Source of the DNA: Eledone cirrhosa
Taxonomy: Eukaryota
Assembly: GCA_964016885.1 (NCBI GenBank)
Contig: OZ024743.1
Span: 256,742,001 to 256,806,000, forward strand
Direction of reading: 5' to 3'
Length of the DNA stretch: 64,000 nt
The position numbers were made by a program, and so were the translations under genes. The notes under the pieces were generated by a model. The model saw only the letters and a program-made list of their open reading frames with translations, searched no databases and was not told the origin of the DNA. This document shows, one piece after another, positions 44,361-55,988 of this stretch; the first letter of the stretch is position 1; the number at the start of each line of letters is the position of its first letter.

Positions 44361-44779
44361 TTCTTAGTATTGGTATTATTAATTCATTTTAATATTTGGT
44401 GTACTTAAGAAATTATATACATCATTAGCTTATTAGTACACGTGCACTAGTTCTTTAATTATTTTCACCTTGTAAATTAATGTAACATTAATTTCATCAG
44501 TTATGTCATTCTGAATTACGAATAAGATATTTGAATATATATGATATTTTGAAATATTTATATCTGCCTTCACAGATTTTAATCGATTTCAGTTTCTGAA
44601 GATCACACAAAAGAGTGAAATTAAAGATTGCACATATGTATATATATCAAATTATAAATGCAAAGAAATAATAGACAAAAATATACCTATTTTGTCTTTC
44701 AGTTCCACCTATTGTCTTCGCTCAATTTAGTGGACCATTTCTTGACCTGACAGTTACAAGTAAAAAGTTCTCAGGAGGG

Positions 44780-47700
44780 CAGCATTATCACATGCTACAG
44801 CACACCTATGGACCAGTATGAGATTCCCCCCTTTTTAGCTGATGAAGATGCTATTCCTAGCACCTATGGATGAACTAGAGGTTCCCCCTATTTTTCTGCT
44901 ATTTCTAAAGAACCTATTAACAACCATGAAGTCCCCTTTATTTTGATGCTATTGCTAGCACACCTATGGACCATCACAGAGTTCCTCCTGTTTAGATGAT
45001 GAAGTTGCTATTTCTAGTACACTTATGGACCACCATGAATTTCCCCTATGGACCACCATGAGTATACCCCTATTTAGCTGCTATTTCTAGCCAATCAATA
45101 GACCACTATGGGTTACAACTTTTTAGCTGCTCATTCTAACACACCAAGGGACCACCATGAGGATCCCCCAATTTAGCTGCTATTTGTAGCACACCCAAGA
45201 AACACCATGATGTTCCCACTGTTTAGCTGATGTAGCTGTTATTTCTAACACATCTATGGACCATCATAAAATTTGAACCACCATAAGTTTACCCCTATTT
45301 AGCTGATATTGATAACAAAACTATGGAACACCATGGGGATCCCCTATTTAGCTGCTATTTCTAGCACATATATGGCATACCAAGAAGTTCCCCTTTTTAA
45401 GCTGATGCAGCTGCTATTTCGGCACACCTATGAACCACGATGAGGTTCCCCCTATTTAGCTGCTATTCCTATCACACCTATGGTTCACCATAATATTTGC
45501 CCCTTTTAGCTGCTAATTCCAGAACACCTAGGGACCCTTCATGAGGTTCCCCTTTTAGCTTCTGTTTCTAGCACACCTCATTACCACCATGAGTTTTCCC
45601 CTATATAACTGCTATTTCTAGCATACTTATGGAACACCATAAGGTTCCCTCTATGTAGCTGCTATTTCTAGCACACATACAGACCACCAGGAATTTCCTC
45701 CTCTGTAGCTGATGTAGCTACTATTTATAACATACCTATGTACCACTCAGTGTAACCCCCTTTTCTGCAGGTATTTCTATCACACTTGGTGGTCAATAGC
45801 TGTGCTAGAAATAGCAGCTAAATAGGAGGAAAGCTTATGGTGCGTCATAGGTGTGCTAGAAATAGCAGCTAAATAGGGTGATTCTGACAGTGGTCCATAG
45901 GTGTGCTTGAAATAGTAGCAAAATTAGGAGGAATATCATGGTTGTACCTAAGTTTGCTTGAAATAGCAGCTAAATTGGATAAACACAAGGTGGACCATAA
46001 TAGTGCTAGAAATAGTAGCTAAGTAGTGGGAACCTCATGGTGTTCCATAGGTGGGCCTGAAATAGCAGCTAAATAGGGGGGAGCAAATGGTGGTTTGAAG
46101 GTGTGCTAGAAATAGCGGCTACATCAGTTAAACTGGTGGAACCTCATGGTGTTTTTTAGGTTTGCTTGTAAAATAGCAGCTAAAGAGGGCGAACAGCATA
46201 ATAGTCTATATATATGCTAGAAACAGAAGCTAAATAGGGGGGAAATATGGTGGTCAATGTGCAGCTAAATAGAGTAAACATCATAGTAGTACATTGGTGT
46301 GCTAGAAATAACAGCTAAATAGCAGCTAAATACATAGGTATGCCAGAAATAGGAGCTGTATAAGTGGATCTTTATGGTGGACCATAAGTTTGCTAGAAAT
46401 AGCAGCTAAATATGAACAACATAGGGGTAAATAGGTGTGCTAGAAATAGAAGCTATATCAGCTAATCAGGGAGAGCCTCATGGTGGTTCATTAAGTGTTT
46501 TAGAAATAGCAGCTAAATAGGGGGAATTTTATGGTGGTCTATATGTGTACTAGAAATAGTAGCTAAATAGGTGGAACCGTGGGTGTCTATAGCTGTGCTA
46601 GAAATACAAGCTGCATCAGCTAAATAGGTTAAACTCTTGGTGGTCAATAGTTGTGCTAGAAATAGCAGCTCAATATTTGGAACAACATGGTGGTCCATCG
46701 GTGTGACAGAAATATCAGTTAAATAGGGGGAACATCATAGTGGTCTGTAGGTGTGTTAAAGATAGCAGATAAAAAAGGGATCTTAATAAGTGACTTAATA
46801 AGTGTGCTAGAAATAGCATCTAAATAAGGCGAAAAGAATGGTGGTCTATAGGTTGCATTAGAAATAGCAGCTACTCAGCTAAACAGGGGGAACCACATGC
46901 TGGTGTGCTAGAAATAGCCGGAAAATATGGAGAACATTTGGTGGACCTGCTGTGTACTAGAAATAGCAGCTAAATGGGAGAACCTCGTTGTGGTCCATAG
47001 GTGTGCTAGAAATAGAACCTAAATAGAGGAGAACTTTTGCCAAAGGTGTGCTAGAAAAAGCAACTAGATCAGCTAAACAGAGGGAACCATATGGTAGTTG
47101 ATAGATGAGTTAGAAACAGCAGCTAAATAGGGGGAACCACATTGTGGTCAAAAGGTATGCTAGTAATAGCAGCTACATCTGCTAAAAAAGGGTAACATCA
47201 TGGTGTGCCATAGGTTGCTAAAATTAGCAGCTAAATAGAAAAAAACCACAGGGTGGACCAAATCTGTGCTAGAATAGCAGCTGAATAGGAGAAACTCATA
47301 GTGGTCTTTTGGTGTGCTAGACATAGGAGCTAAATAGATGAACATCATGGTGGTCCAACGGTGTGCTAGAAAATGCAGTTGAATAGGGGGAACTAAATGG
47401 TGATCCATAAGTTTGCTAGCAATAGCAGCTATATAGGGGGAAATGCATGGTGGTCGATAGATGTGTTAGAAATAGCAGCTAAATAAGGAGTACCACATTC
47501 TGGTTAATAGGTGTACTAAATATAGCAGCTACATCAGCTAAATAGGAGGAACTACATTTTAGCCCATAGCTGTCCTAGAATAACAGCTAAATAGGTGGTC
47601 CATAGGTTTATTAGAAACAGCAGCTAAATAGGTAAAAAGTTTGCTAGAAATAGCAGCTAAATGGAGAGAGCCTAATGTTGGTCCAAAGGTCCTCTTTAGC

Positions 47701-49103
47701 TGCTAGAAAAAGCAACTACATCAGCTAAACAGAGGGAACCATATGGTGGGTGATAGATGAGTTAGAAACAGCAGCTAAATAGGAGGAACCACATTGTGGT
47801 CAAAAGGTGTGGTAGAAATAGCAGCTGCATCAGCATAAAAGGTTAAGAACTGAGTGGACAATAGGTTTGCTAGAAATAGCAGCTAAATAGTGTGAATTAC
47901 ATAATGGTCCATAAACGTGCTAGAAATAGCTGTTAAATAGAATGAATATCATATTGGAACATAGGTGTACTAGGAATAACAGCTAAATAGGGGAAACACC
48001 ATGGGGGGGGAGGGTCCATAAGTTTGCTAGAAATAGTAGCTAAATATGAGGAACCTCATGCTCATCCATAGGTTTTCTAGAAATAGCAGCTAAATGGGGG
48101 GGGGGGGAACCCGTTTAGCTGATGTTGCTGCTATTTCTAGCACACGTATGGAGAACCTTGAGATTGCATCAATTAAGCTGCTATTTTTAGAATACCTGCG
48201 GACCACCACAAGGTTGCCCTATTTAGTTGATATTTCTAGGGAAGCTAGGGACCACCCTATTTTCCCTCTGTCTAGCCAATGTATCTGCTATTTCTACCCC
48301 TTCAATTGACTACTAAAAGGTTTCCCCTATTTAGCTGATGTTGCTGCTATTTCTAGCACACATTATGAGGTACCACCTGTTTAGCTGATGCAGCTACTAT
48401 TCCTAGCACTCTAATTGATTACCATGAGGTTACCGCTATTTAGCTGCTATTTGTAGCACACCTATGGACCATCATGAGGTTCCCTCTATTCAGCTGCTAT
48501 TTCTAGAATAGATATGGACCACCATTTATTTCCCCTTGTTTAGCTGATGCAGCTGCTTTTTGTAGCAATCTTTTGGACCAACAAAAAGTACTCCCTATTT
48601 AGCTGCTACTTCTAGCACACCTATGCACCACCATAAGGTTCTCTTTTTTAGCTGCTATTTATACCACACCTATTGACGACCATGGGGTTCTCCCTATTCA
48701 GCTGCTATTTCAAGCAAACCTCTGGTCTACTATGATGTTCAACCAGTTTGGCTGCTATTTCTAGCACACCTATTGAACATTATGAAGTTCCCACTGTTTA
48801 GCTGCTATTTATAGCACACGTATGGACCACCATGGCTTTCCACCAGTTTAACTGCTGTTTCTGGAAAACCTATTGTCCACGATAAGGTTCCCCTTATTTA
48901 ACTGCTATTTCTTGCACACCATGGACCAGCATGATGTTCCCCGTGTTTAACTGATGTAGCTACTATTTCTAGCAAACATCTGGGTCCACCATGAGGTCCC
49001 CCAATGTTGCTGCTATTTCTAGGACAGCTATGGACACTAATCAATTACCTTCTGTTTAGCTGATGTAGCTCTTATCTCTAGCACACCTACGTATCATCAT
49101 GAG
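44780..49103. repeat. ~50 bp minisatellite array (TAGCTGCTATTTCTAGCACACCTATGGACCACCATGAGGTTCCCCTATT) with an inverted central block
   Basis: Roughly 80 diverged units; forward 44780-45787, reverse ~45788-48110, forward 48111-49103; optional 9 bp GCTGATGTA insert. Confidence 0.92.
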
Positions 49104-49149
49104 CTATATATACATGTATTAATTCAAACCGTGATACAATATATATATA

Positions 49150-50034
49150 CTAGCTGACGTACCCAGCTTCGCCCGGGTAAATAGATGATAAGAGAAGACA
49201 GGTAAAAGAGAAAATGACTGTATTGGATGTTTTTCTGGTTACAGTATGAGGCGAGTCCGTGGTGTCTGTGTGATACAAAAAAACAGTAAAATAATCTTCC
49301 AGGTATACAAGACTCTTCGTTGTACCGTTTGTGCATAGTATATGAACAATTCTAGGTGCTGCCCACTAGGAGATGGTTCATCTTCTGCCTGACTGTAAAA
49401 CGTGTATCGTTGCATAGACGTGGCTGTTCCACGTTTCTCAAAAGGATGATGGAAGTTCCAATATTTTATATTATATGTAGATATATATATAGATAATTAA
49501 TATAAAAGATGTCCGTCAATGTAAAAAAAGGTCCCTATTTACTCCCTTCACAACTCTGTGTATGTTAGACTGACAGACAGGCACACAGACAGATAAACTG
49601 CGTGGCGATTGTGGGATACCGCACGTACACACACATACACGCATGGAAACGCGCACACGCACGCAAACTTACGCACACACTCACACATGTTGATAGTTTT
49701 TACTTTCTGTGGAACGCTGCACGCACACACACATAAACATACGCGCACGTACATACACACGCACACATGTTAATAGTTATTGCTTTTCTTCCCCTCTTAT
49801 TTCCACACACATCACACACACACACATGTCTCTACACTGACACATATACATAGTGTATCCAAACATAGCGTTCACTTTGCCTCTCTCTCCCCTCTCACTC
49901 CCTCATTGGCATTATGCATATTAATTTAAGTTTGGTGTCGTTGAAGTGAGCGGAGTCGTTTGAAACCTATGAACCAATGATAATCGAGAATTATGACACA
50001 CGGAATAATGATATTGTTGAAATTAATATATAGT
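49150..50034 (-). mobile_element. Non-autonomous Helitron (copy 1)
   Basis: Minus-strand 3' end TACCCGGGCGAAGCTGGGTAC..CTAG|T; internal helicase remnant IGTSIILLRNVEQPRLCNDTRF. Confidence 0.8.
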
Positions 50035-50878
50035 CTAGCCGACGTACCTAGCTTCGCCTGGGTAAACAGACGATAAGAGAAGACAGGTAAAAGAGAAAAT
50101 GACTGTATTAGATGTTTGTCTGGTTACAGTAACAGGCGAGTCCGTGGTGTCCGTATGATACAAAAACAGTAAAGAAAATCTTCCAGATATACCAGATTCT
50201 TCGTTGTACCTTTTGTGCATAGTATATGAACAATTCTAGGTTCTGCCACCTAGAATAGTGACCTCTAGGAGATGGTTCATCTTCTGCCTGACTGTAAAAC
50301 GTGTATCATTGCATAGACGTGGTTGTACCACATTTCTCAAAAGGATGATGGAAGTTCCAATCTTTTATATTATATGTAGATATAGATATTGATAATTAAT
50401 ATAAAAGATGATGCTCAGCCAGTTCGTCTTCAACCATCGAAGCACGCCGTCGCTGCTTGGCTCCAGTGTTTCTTTGGCGTTGTTCAGCCAGCTCCTCTTC
50501 ATTCATGGCGGCACGTCTTCGCCTCTGAAGTTCGGCGTTCCGATGGCGCTGTTCGGCCCGTTTTTGTTCATTCCTGGCTGCACGCCGTCACCGCTGTAGT
50601 TCACTGTTTGATAAAGTCGAATTCCTTTTACTTTCTGTGGAATGCTGCAGCGCATAAACATACGCGCACGTACATACACACGCACACATGGTAATAGTTA
50701 CAGCGTTCACTTTGCCTCTGTGTTTCTTACTCTCCCCGCTGACTCCCTCATTGGCATTATGCATATTAATTTAAGTTTGGCGTCGTTGAGGTGGGCGGAG
50801 TCTTTTGAAACCTATGAACCAATGATAATCGAGAATTATGACACACAGAATACTGACATTGTTGAAATTAATATATAT
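50035..50878 (-). mobile_element. Non-autonomous Helitron (copy 2), head-to-tail with copy 1
   Basis: Same 3' hairpin + CTAG and helicase remnant; additionally encodes RRAARNEQKRAEQRHRNAELQRRRRAAMNEEELAEQRQRN repeats at 50410-50605. Confidence 0.8.
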
Positions 50879-50889
50879 ATATATGTGTG

Positions 50890-51078
50890 TATGTGTGTGC
50901 TTAGTTTTCGCATGCGTTACATCCGGGTGTATGTGTGAAAAATTCACCAGTACTCCACCAATGCCAAAATAGAACATATGGGTACATTCGAGAATATAGA
51001 GATAACAATTATATCCACACACAGAAAAGATGCAATGCTCCGACAAATCACTGAGGCGTGAACATAAACGAACTCCAT
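50890..51078. mobile_element. Fragment of the 27753-28762 PLE family
   Basis: Inverted terminal-repeat piece followed by IEITIISTHRKDAMLRQITEA on the plus strand. Confidence 0.6.
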
Positions 51079-51182
51079 GTCACACCTTCAAATCGGGCTG
51101 TTTGTTTACAAACGAATCGAACATTATTATTAATATTTGATATACGTACATATGTATATGCATTTATACACACACGCACACG

Positions 51183-51216
<34 letters not shown>

Positions 51217-51274
51217 TATTTATATATTTAAGTGAACAAAGAATCAGTGTTGTATCATTTACCTTTTTGATTAG

Positions 51275-51340
51275 ATATTACATGTTTCACTGTCGGTTAA
51301 TGATCGCTCCTGACTCTGGAATTGGAAGTTCATCAGATAT
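51275..51340 (-). ncRNA. Type I hammerhead ribozyme motif
   Basis: atat CTGATGA act...agt GAAA catg TA atat; palindromic ACATGT stem III, short stems I and II. Confidence 0.65.
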
Positions 51341-51524
51341 GTGTTCACATGTAAACTCGCGTTGAGTGCCCATCTTGGCATACTGTCTACGGGCGCAATA
51401 AATTTGCATGTGTGTGAGGGGGGGGGGGTAAATATATATATAAATATATATATATATAATATATTATATGTCCAGGAAAATGATGTTTCTTTCCTGGTCG
51501 GTGATGGGTTTAAGTGTCTTGGCA

Positions 51525-53702
51525 CAGTCCAAAGCGGCCGTAAGGAGAAAGAAACATCATTTCCACGCCAAGAAGACAGTCCTCCTCTTCGATAACTCCA
51601 ATTGGATAAAGAGAGCTCCCGACTCTCCCTTCGACGTCAGTATGGGCGCGACCGACACGGCGGTGGTTACCGATCTTATAGTATAATTTTTATTCCATAA
51701 ACTCACCAAATGTTTCCTACATTCGGCGGTGGATTGTACCGAGTCGATGGGCTCCTTACCCTCAAAGGGTACAACCCCAGTAGTACGGACCGGGTCTGTA
51801 AACACCTAATCAACTTCTTTCGGGACAGAGGTTTTAAAATCACCCTTCAGACGTCTCTAACTCGAGTCAATTTCCTGTATGTTACCCTCAACCTCGAATA
51901 TGATCTGTACTATCCTTACAGGAAATCTAACAACAACCTACACTACATTCACCGCCGCTCTAACCATCCTAGGAACATCACCAATAACCTGGTTAAAAAC
52001 GTCTCCCTCCGCATATCTCGCTTGTCCGCTAACGAGCAGATATTCGACGAACATGCGCCATATTACAACCAGGCCCTCAAGCGAAGCGGCTTCCGGGAGG
52101 AAATTTCATTTAACCCAGGCTCCCCTAGCGGAACCAGCAGGCGATGCCACCGCTCACACCACGTATCGTGGTTCAACACTCTCCACAATGCCAAGGTTGC
52201 AACACTAATGGGAAAATCTTCTTTAGACTCCTCGAAAAACACTTCCCACCACAACACCGCTAGAACAACATATTCTACAAAAACACTATCAAATCTCCTA
52301 CAACACCACACCCAACTTCGCACAAAACATCGCCTCCTCAAACAACAAGAAACTCAACTCTAACGGAAGAAACAACCTAGATATTAGTGGAGTGCCGACC
52401 AGGAAGTGTAACTGTTCGGATAAACAACGTGCCCCCTCAACAACAGATGCAGAGAACGTAACGCGATCTACCAATGCAACGTGAGGACGGAAAACTCCAA
52501 CAAAGCCTATATAGGATTAACCATCTGTGATTTTCAGACCCGGCTCTATCAACACCGACATACGTTCAGAAACCCAGCCCGGCGACATGCCACTACACTT
52601 TCGGGCAACATTTGGGACCTCCAAGATCACATCACATACCATCTAAATTGGAACTTATTTTCCAGGGCTAACTCCTACTCGGGAGGACGCCGTCCGTGTA
52701 ACTTATGCTCAAAGGAAACGATACAAATGCTGTTTACAAAGGACCAACTCCTAAACAAAAAAGACGAACTTGTAACCGCATGTAAACACCGATTGTGTAG
52801 GACTTACCTCGCCTTCAAACCCCCTCACGACCCCGGTGGGTAGACAATGGCTGTAACATTTTTATTTTCCCCACTTGCCGAAAAAGATAGGGGAAACCCC
52901 AGCATACATAAGTAGATGTAATACTTTTCTTTTTTCCTTTTATTTCTTCTTTCTTCTCACTTCCTTCCCCTCCCTCTTCTCTTACTTTTCCTTTTTCCTC
53001 TTTCGCTTACCCTGAGATAGCCCATCAGGTTTTTGTAGCCTCAGTACCCCCACCCCTGTGAAATCTATACAACATTGGCTGAAAATACAATATCAGTTCA
53101 AAATATAGCAGTTGTTCCCTTTTTTAGTGGGGTACATCGTTATTGATAAATTACCGTTATGAGACGAAGCACCGGGGTACTGAATTAGATGTATTTTATT
53201 AATCCTGTTTTCTTGTGTTAGAATCTAGTTCTTTAATCTTATAAATTCCCTTCTTCCAGATTCCTGTATAATTCTATTTTCGCTATGCTTTTTAGCTAGC
53301 CTACTTCATCCACACTCTTTTGAAATAGCTGTATAGAATTCACTCTTAACGCTTGAGCGGCTTCACTCAGTCCCTCTTTGTTCTACAGGCAAGTTTAGCC
53401 ACCCGCCGCCATGAAAGATTTAACTGTGTTCACAACGAACTTCGACCACTCCTTTTGATAACTACAACCTTCAGAAATGCCCAACTATCGCTTGCCCATA
53501 TATGGAATTAGCCCTTGAAGAGATCGGCTATATCAACACCACGCTAAAAATTTAATTTAGTCCAGAAATAGCTGTCGAAATGGCTTGAGCTCTGCCGTCG
53601 GGGTTCTGACACTTTTTCTACTACCAACTCTACTACCCAAAGTATCGAGTACTCTGGTGCGTTATGGTCCACCTGTTTCCTTACCACACTTCCTTCGTTA
53701 TT
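51525..53702 (+). mobile_element. Penelope-like element, 5'-truncated (RT core, thumb, GIY-YIG, long 3' UTR)
   Basis: FDVSMG, GLYRVDGL (decayed YRDD), SNHP, CNC..PL..RC linker, IYQC..KAYIGLT..RLYQH, CNLCSKE..LLNKKDE; degenerate hammerhead at ~53510-53590. Confidence 0.88.
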
Positions 53703-53931
53703 ATATATATATATATTATATATACATATATATATTATATATATAGTTGTTATATAGTAAGGTGCATTATTGGTTGTGTAAAATGGTCCAATAACTTTAT
53801 GTTAGCAATATCAAGTTCTCCATGCTTTTGTATATCTCCAATTCCATTCAAGGGAACAGCTAGATGATGTAAAACGGAGTATAAGTATCAAAATGAAAAT
53901 CCGAAGGCAAGGTAAAATTCCAATCATTTAA

Positions 53932-54004
53932 TCACGACACATGTTTCAATAAGAGATAGATCGATTGTGAAGCATGATCGATTATCACTGATCTCATCAG
54001 GTGA
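53932..54004 (-). ncRNA. Type I hammerhead ribozyme motif (left arm)
   Basis: Reverse complement of 54135-54208. Confidence 0.75.
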
Positions 54005-54134
54005 AAATGAATTGTCTTCAACTTCTTGATATGAGGGAGAAAAATAACGATTTTCTCTCACAGAGGGAATGAATTCTGTGAGAGAACATGGTTATTTTTC
54101 TCCCTCATATCAAGAATTTGAAGATAATTCATTT

Positions 54135-54208
54135 TCACCTGATGAGATCAGTGATAATCGATCATGGCTTCACAATCGATCTATCTCTTATTGAAACATG
54201 TGTCGTGA
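54135..54208 (+). ncRNA. Type I hammerhead ribozyme motif (right arm), GUC site
   Basis: tcac CTGATGA gat...att GAAA catgt GTC gtga; predicted cleavage after C54204. Confidence 0.75.
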
Positions 54209-54666
54209 TTAAATGATTGGAATTTTACCTTGCCTTCGGACTTTCATTTTGATATATATATATATATATATTATAACGAAGGAGGTGTGGTAAGGAAACA
54301 CGTGAACCATAACGCACCAGAGTACTCGATACTTTGGTAAGTTAAATCTTTCACTTATATATTATGAAATATTGTTGGCTTCACGCTCACAATAATTTCT
54401 ATACTTGAATTTATATATATATATATATATATGAAAATAGAGAAATTAATGTGAGCAAGAAGCCAACAGTATTTCATAATATATAAGTGACTATAACGTC
54501 AAAATGGAAAATAATTAACGTAAGATATGGGAAAATAATTGAAACTCAATTCAAAAAAATGAAGACAGAGATTTTATCCACAGATTTTTAGAAATCCAGG
54601 GAAAAATCCAATAGAGTCTTAACTCAGAATAAAATAAATATATATATATGTATATATATATATATG

Positions 54667-54737
<71 letters not shown>

Positions 54738-55238
54738 AAAGAATAGGAGTGTAACACACAAGTTATTATATATTGGTAAACGGAATAGAAAATGCTGACA
54801 AATTGTTCACAGTTGAAAAATGGTTTAATTAGGAATAAAAGAGTATTAGTGATTGTATGGGTTAGTATTCAGTTGTGGTTTTAAGTTTTTAAGTTTTTAC
54901 CGGTTGCGCATTTCTAAATGCTTTTCAAAAATAATTTTGAGATAGAGTGTCCGTGCTGTTTGCTCTGATCTGATTAGTTTTGGGAATTCTACCTGTTTTT
55001 ATGTTAAAAAAGTGGCTCCAATTTGCAAAAATTCTTGTGGTCAAAACAATTTTGATTGGTCGGTAGAGGTCATGTGAATGTAAAAAATTGATTTTGCGCC
55101 AAGACTGTTTTTATGTAAAAAAAGTGGCTCCAGCAAAAATTCTTGTGGTCAAAACAATTTTGATTGGTCAGTAGAGGTCATGTGAATAAAAAATTGGTTT
55201 TGCGCCAAGATTGAGAAATGACTCTTTCACAACAAATA

Positions 55239-55307
<69 letters not shown>

Positions 55308-55376
55308 TAGTAGTAGTAAGGTGTTCGATTTTGTGATAATGGTCAGCAGCGATGTGTGTCAAATGGCTATTAAGAT

Positions 55377-55444
<68 letters not shown>

Positions 55445-55806
55445 CAGAGTAATTCGTGGTGGCAGGGATGGTCAGTAAGAATGTGTCTGAAAGCAATGGG
55501 GGGTATTTTAGCATGTCAAAAGATATTTTTCAGCTTTTGTCTTATACGGAGAAGTGCGTGTGTGTGTGTGTGTATATATAAGTCTCTTTGTATGTTGATG
55601 TACGCGTGTGTATGTGTGTGTGTATATATATGTGTCTGTGTGTGTGTGTGTGTGGGTGGGTGGACCAGTATTTTTTTCCCCCTGGTTAAATGGTGTACAT
55701 TATTTGATTTTTTCAGTAAAATCGGTTCTCTTAATAGAACATCAAAAATCTTAACAATAAAAGGTGTGAAATGATATCCACTATATATATATACACATAC
55801 ATATAT

Positions 55807-55848
<42 letters not shown>

Positions 55849-55988
55849 TACATATATATATGCACATATATTTGTTTGTGTTGCACCATAGAGCATGTGT
55901 GTTTACGTATGCCATTGTGTTTATATGTGGGTAGAGATGTGTGCTGATGTAGGTATGTATGTTGACGTGTGTATGTTGTGGGTTCGTC

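Larger units (their letters stand above)
53886..54254. mobile_element. Near-perfect ~180 bp-arm hairpin element carrying two antiparallel hammerheads
   Basis: 53886-54064 inverted vs 54075-54254 with a 10 nt loop. Confidence 0.88.

Noticed and set aside
44690-44765. Possible 57 nt host exon (TTTTGTCTTTCAG|...|GTAAAA; PPIVFAQFSGPFLDLTVT)
   Set aside because: Splice-like signals are common in AT-rich DNA; no recognisable protein or partner exons. Needs RNA-seq.
44780-49103. CRISPR-like spaced repeat appearance
   Set aside because: The supposed spacers are homologous to each other, units are degenerate, there are no cas genes and the context is eukaryotic; it is a minisatellite.
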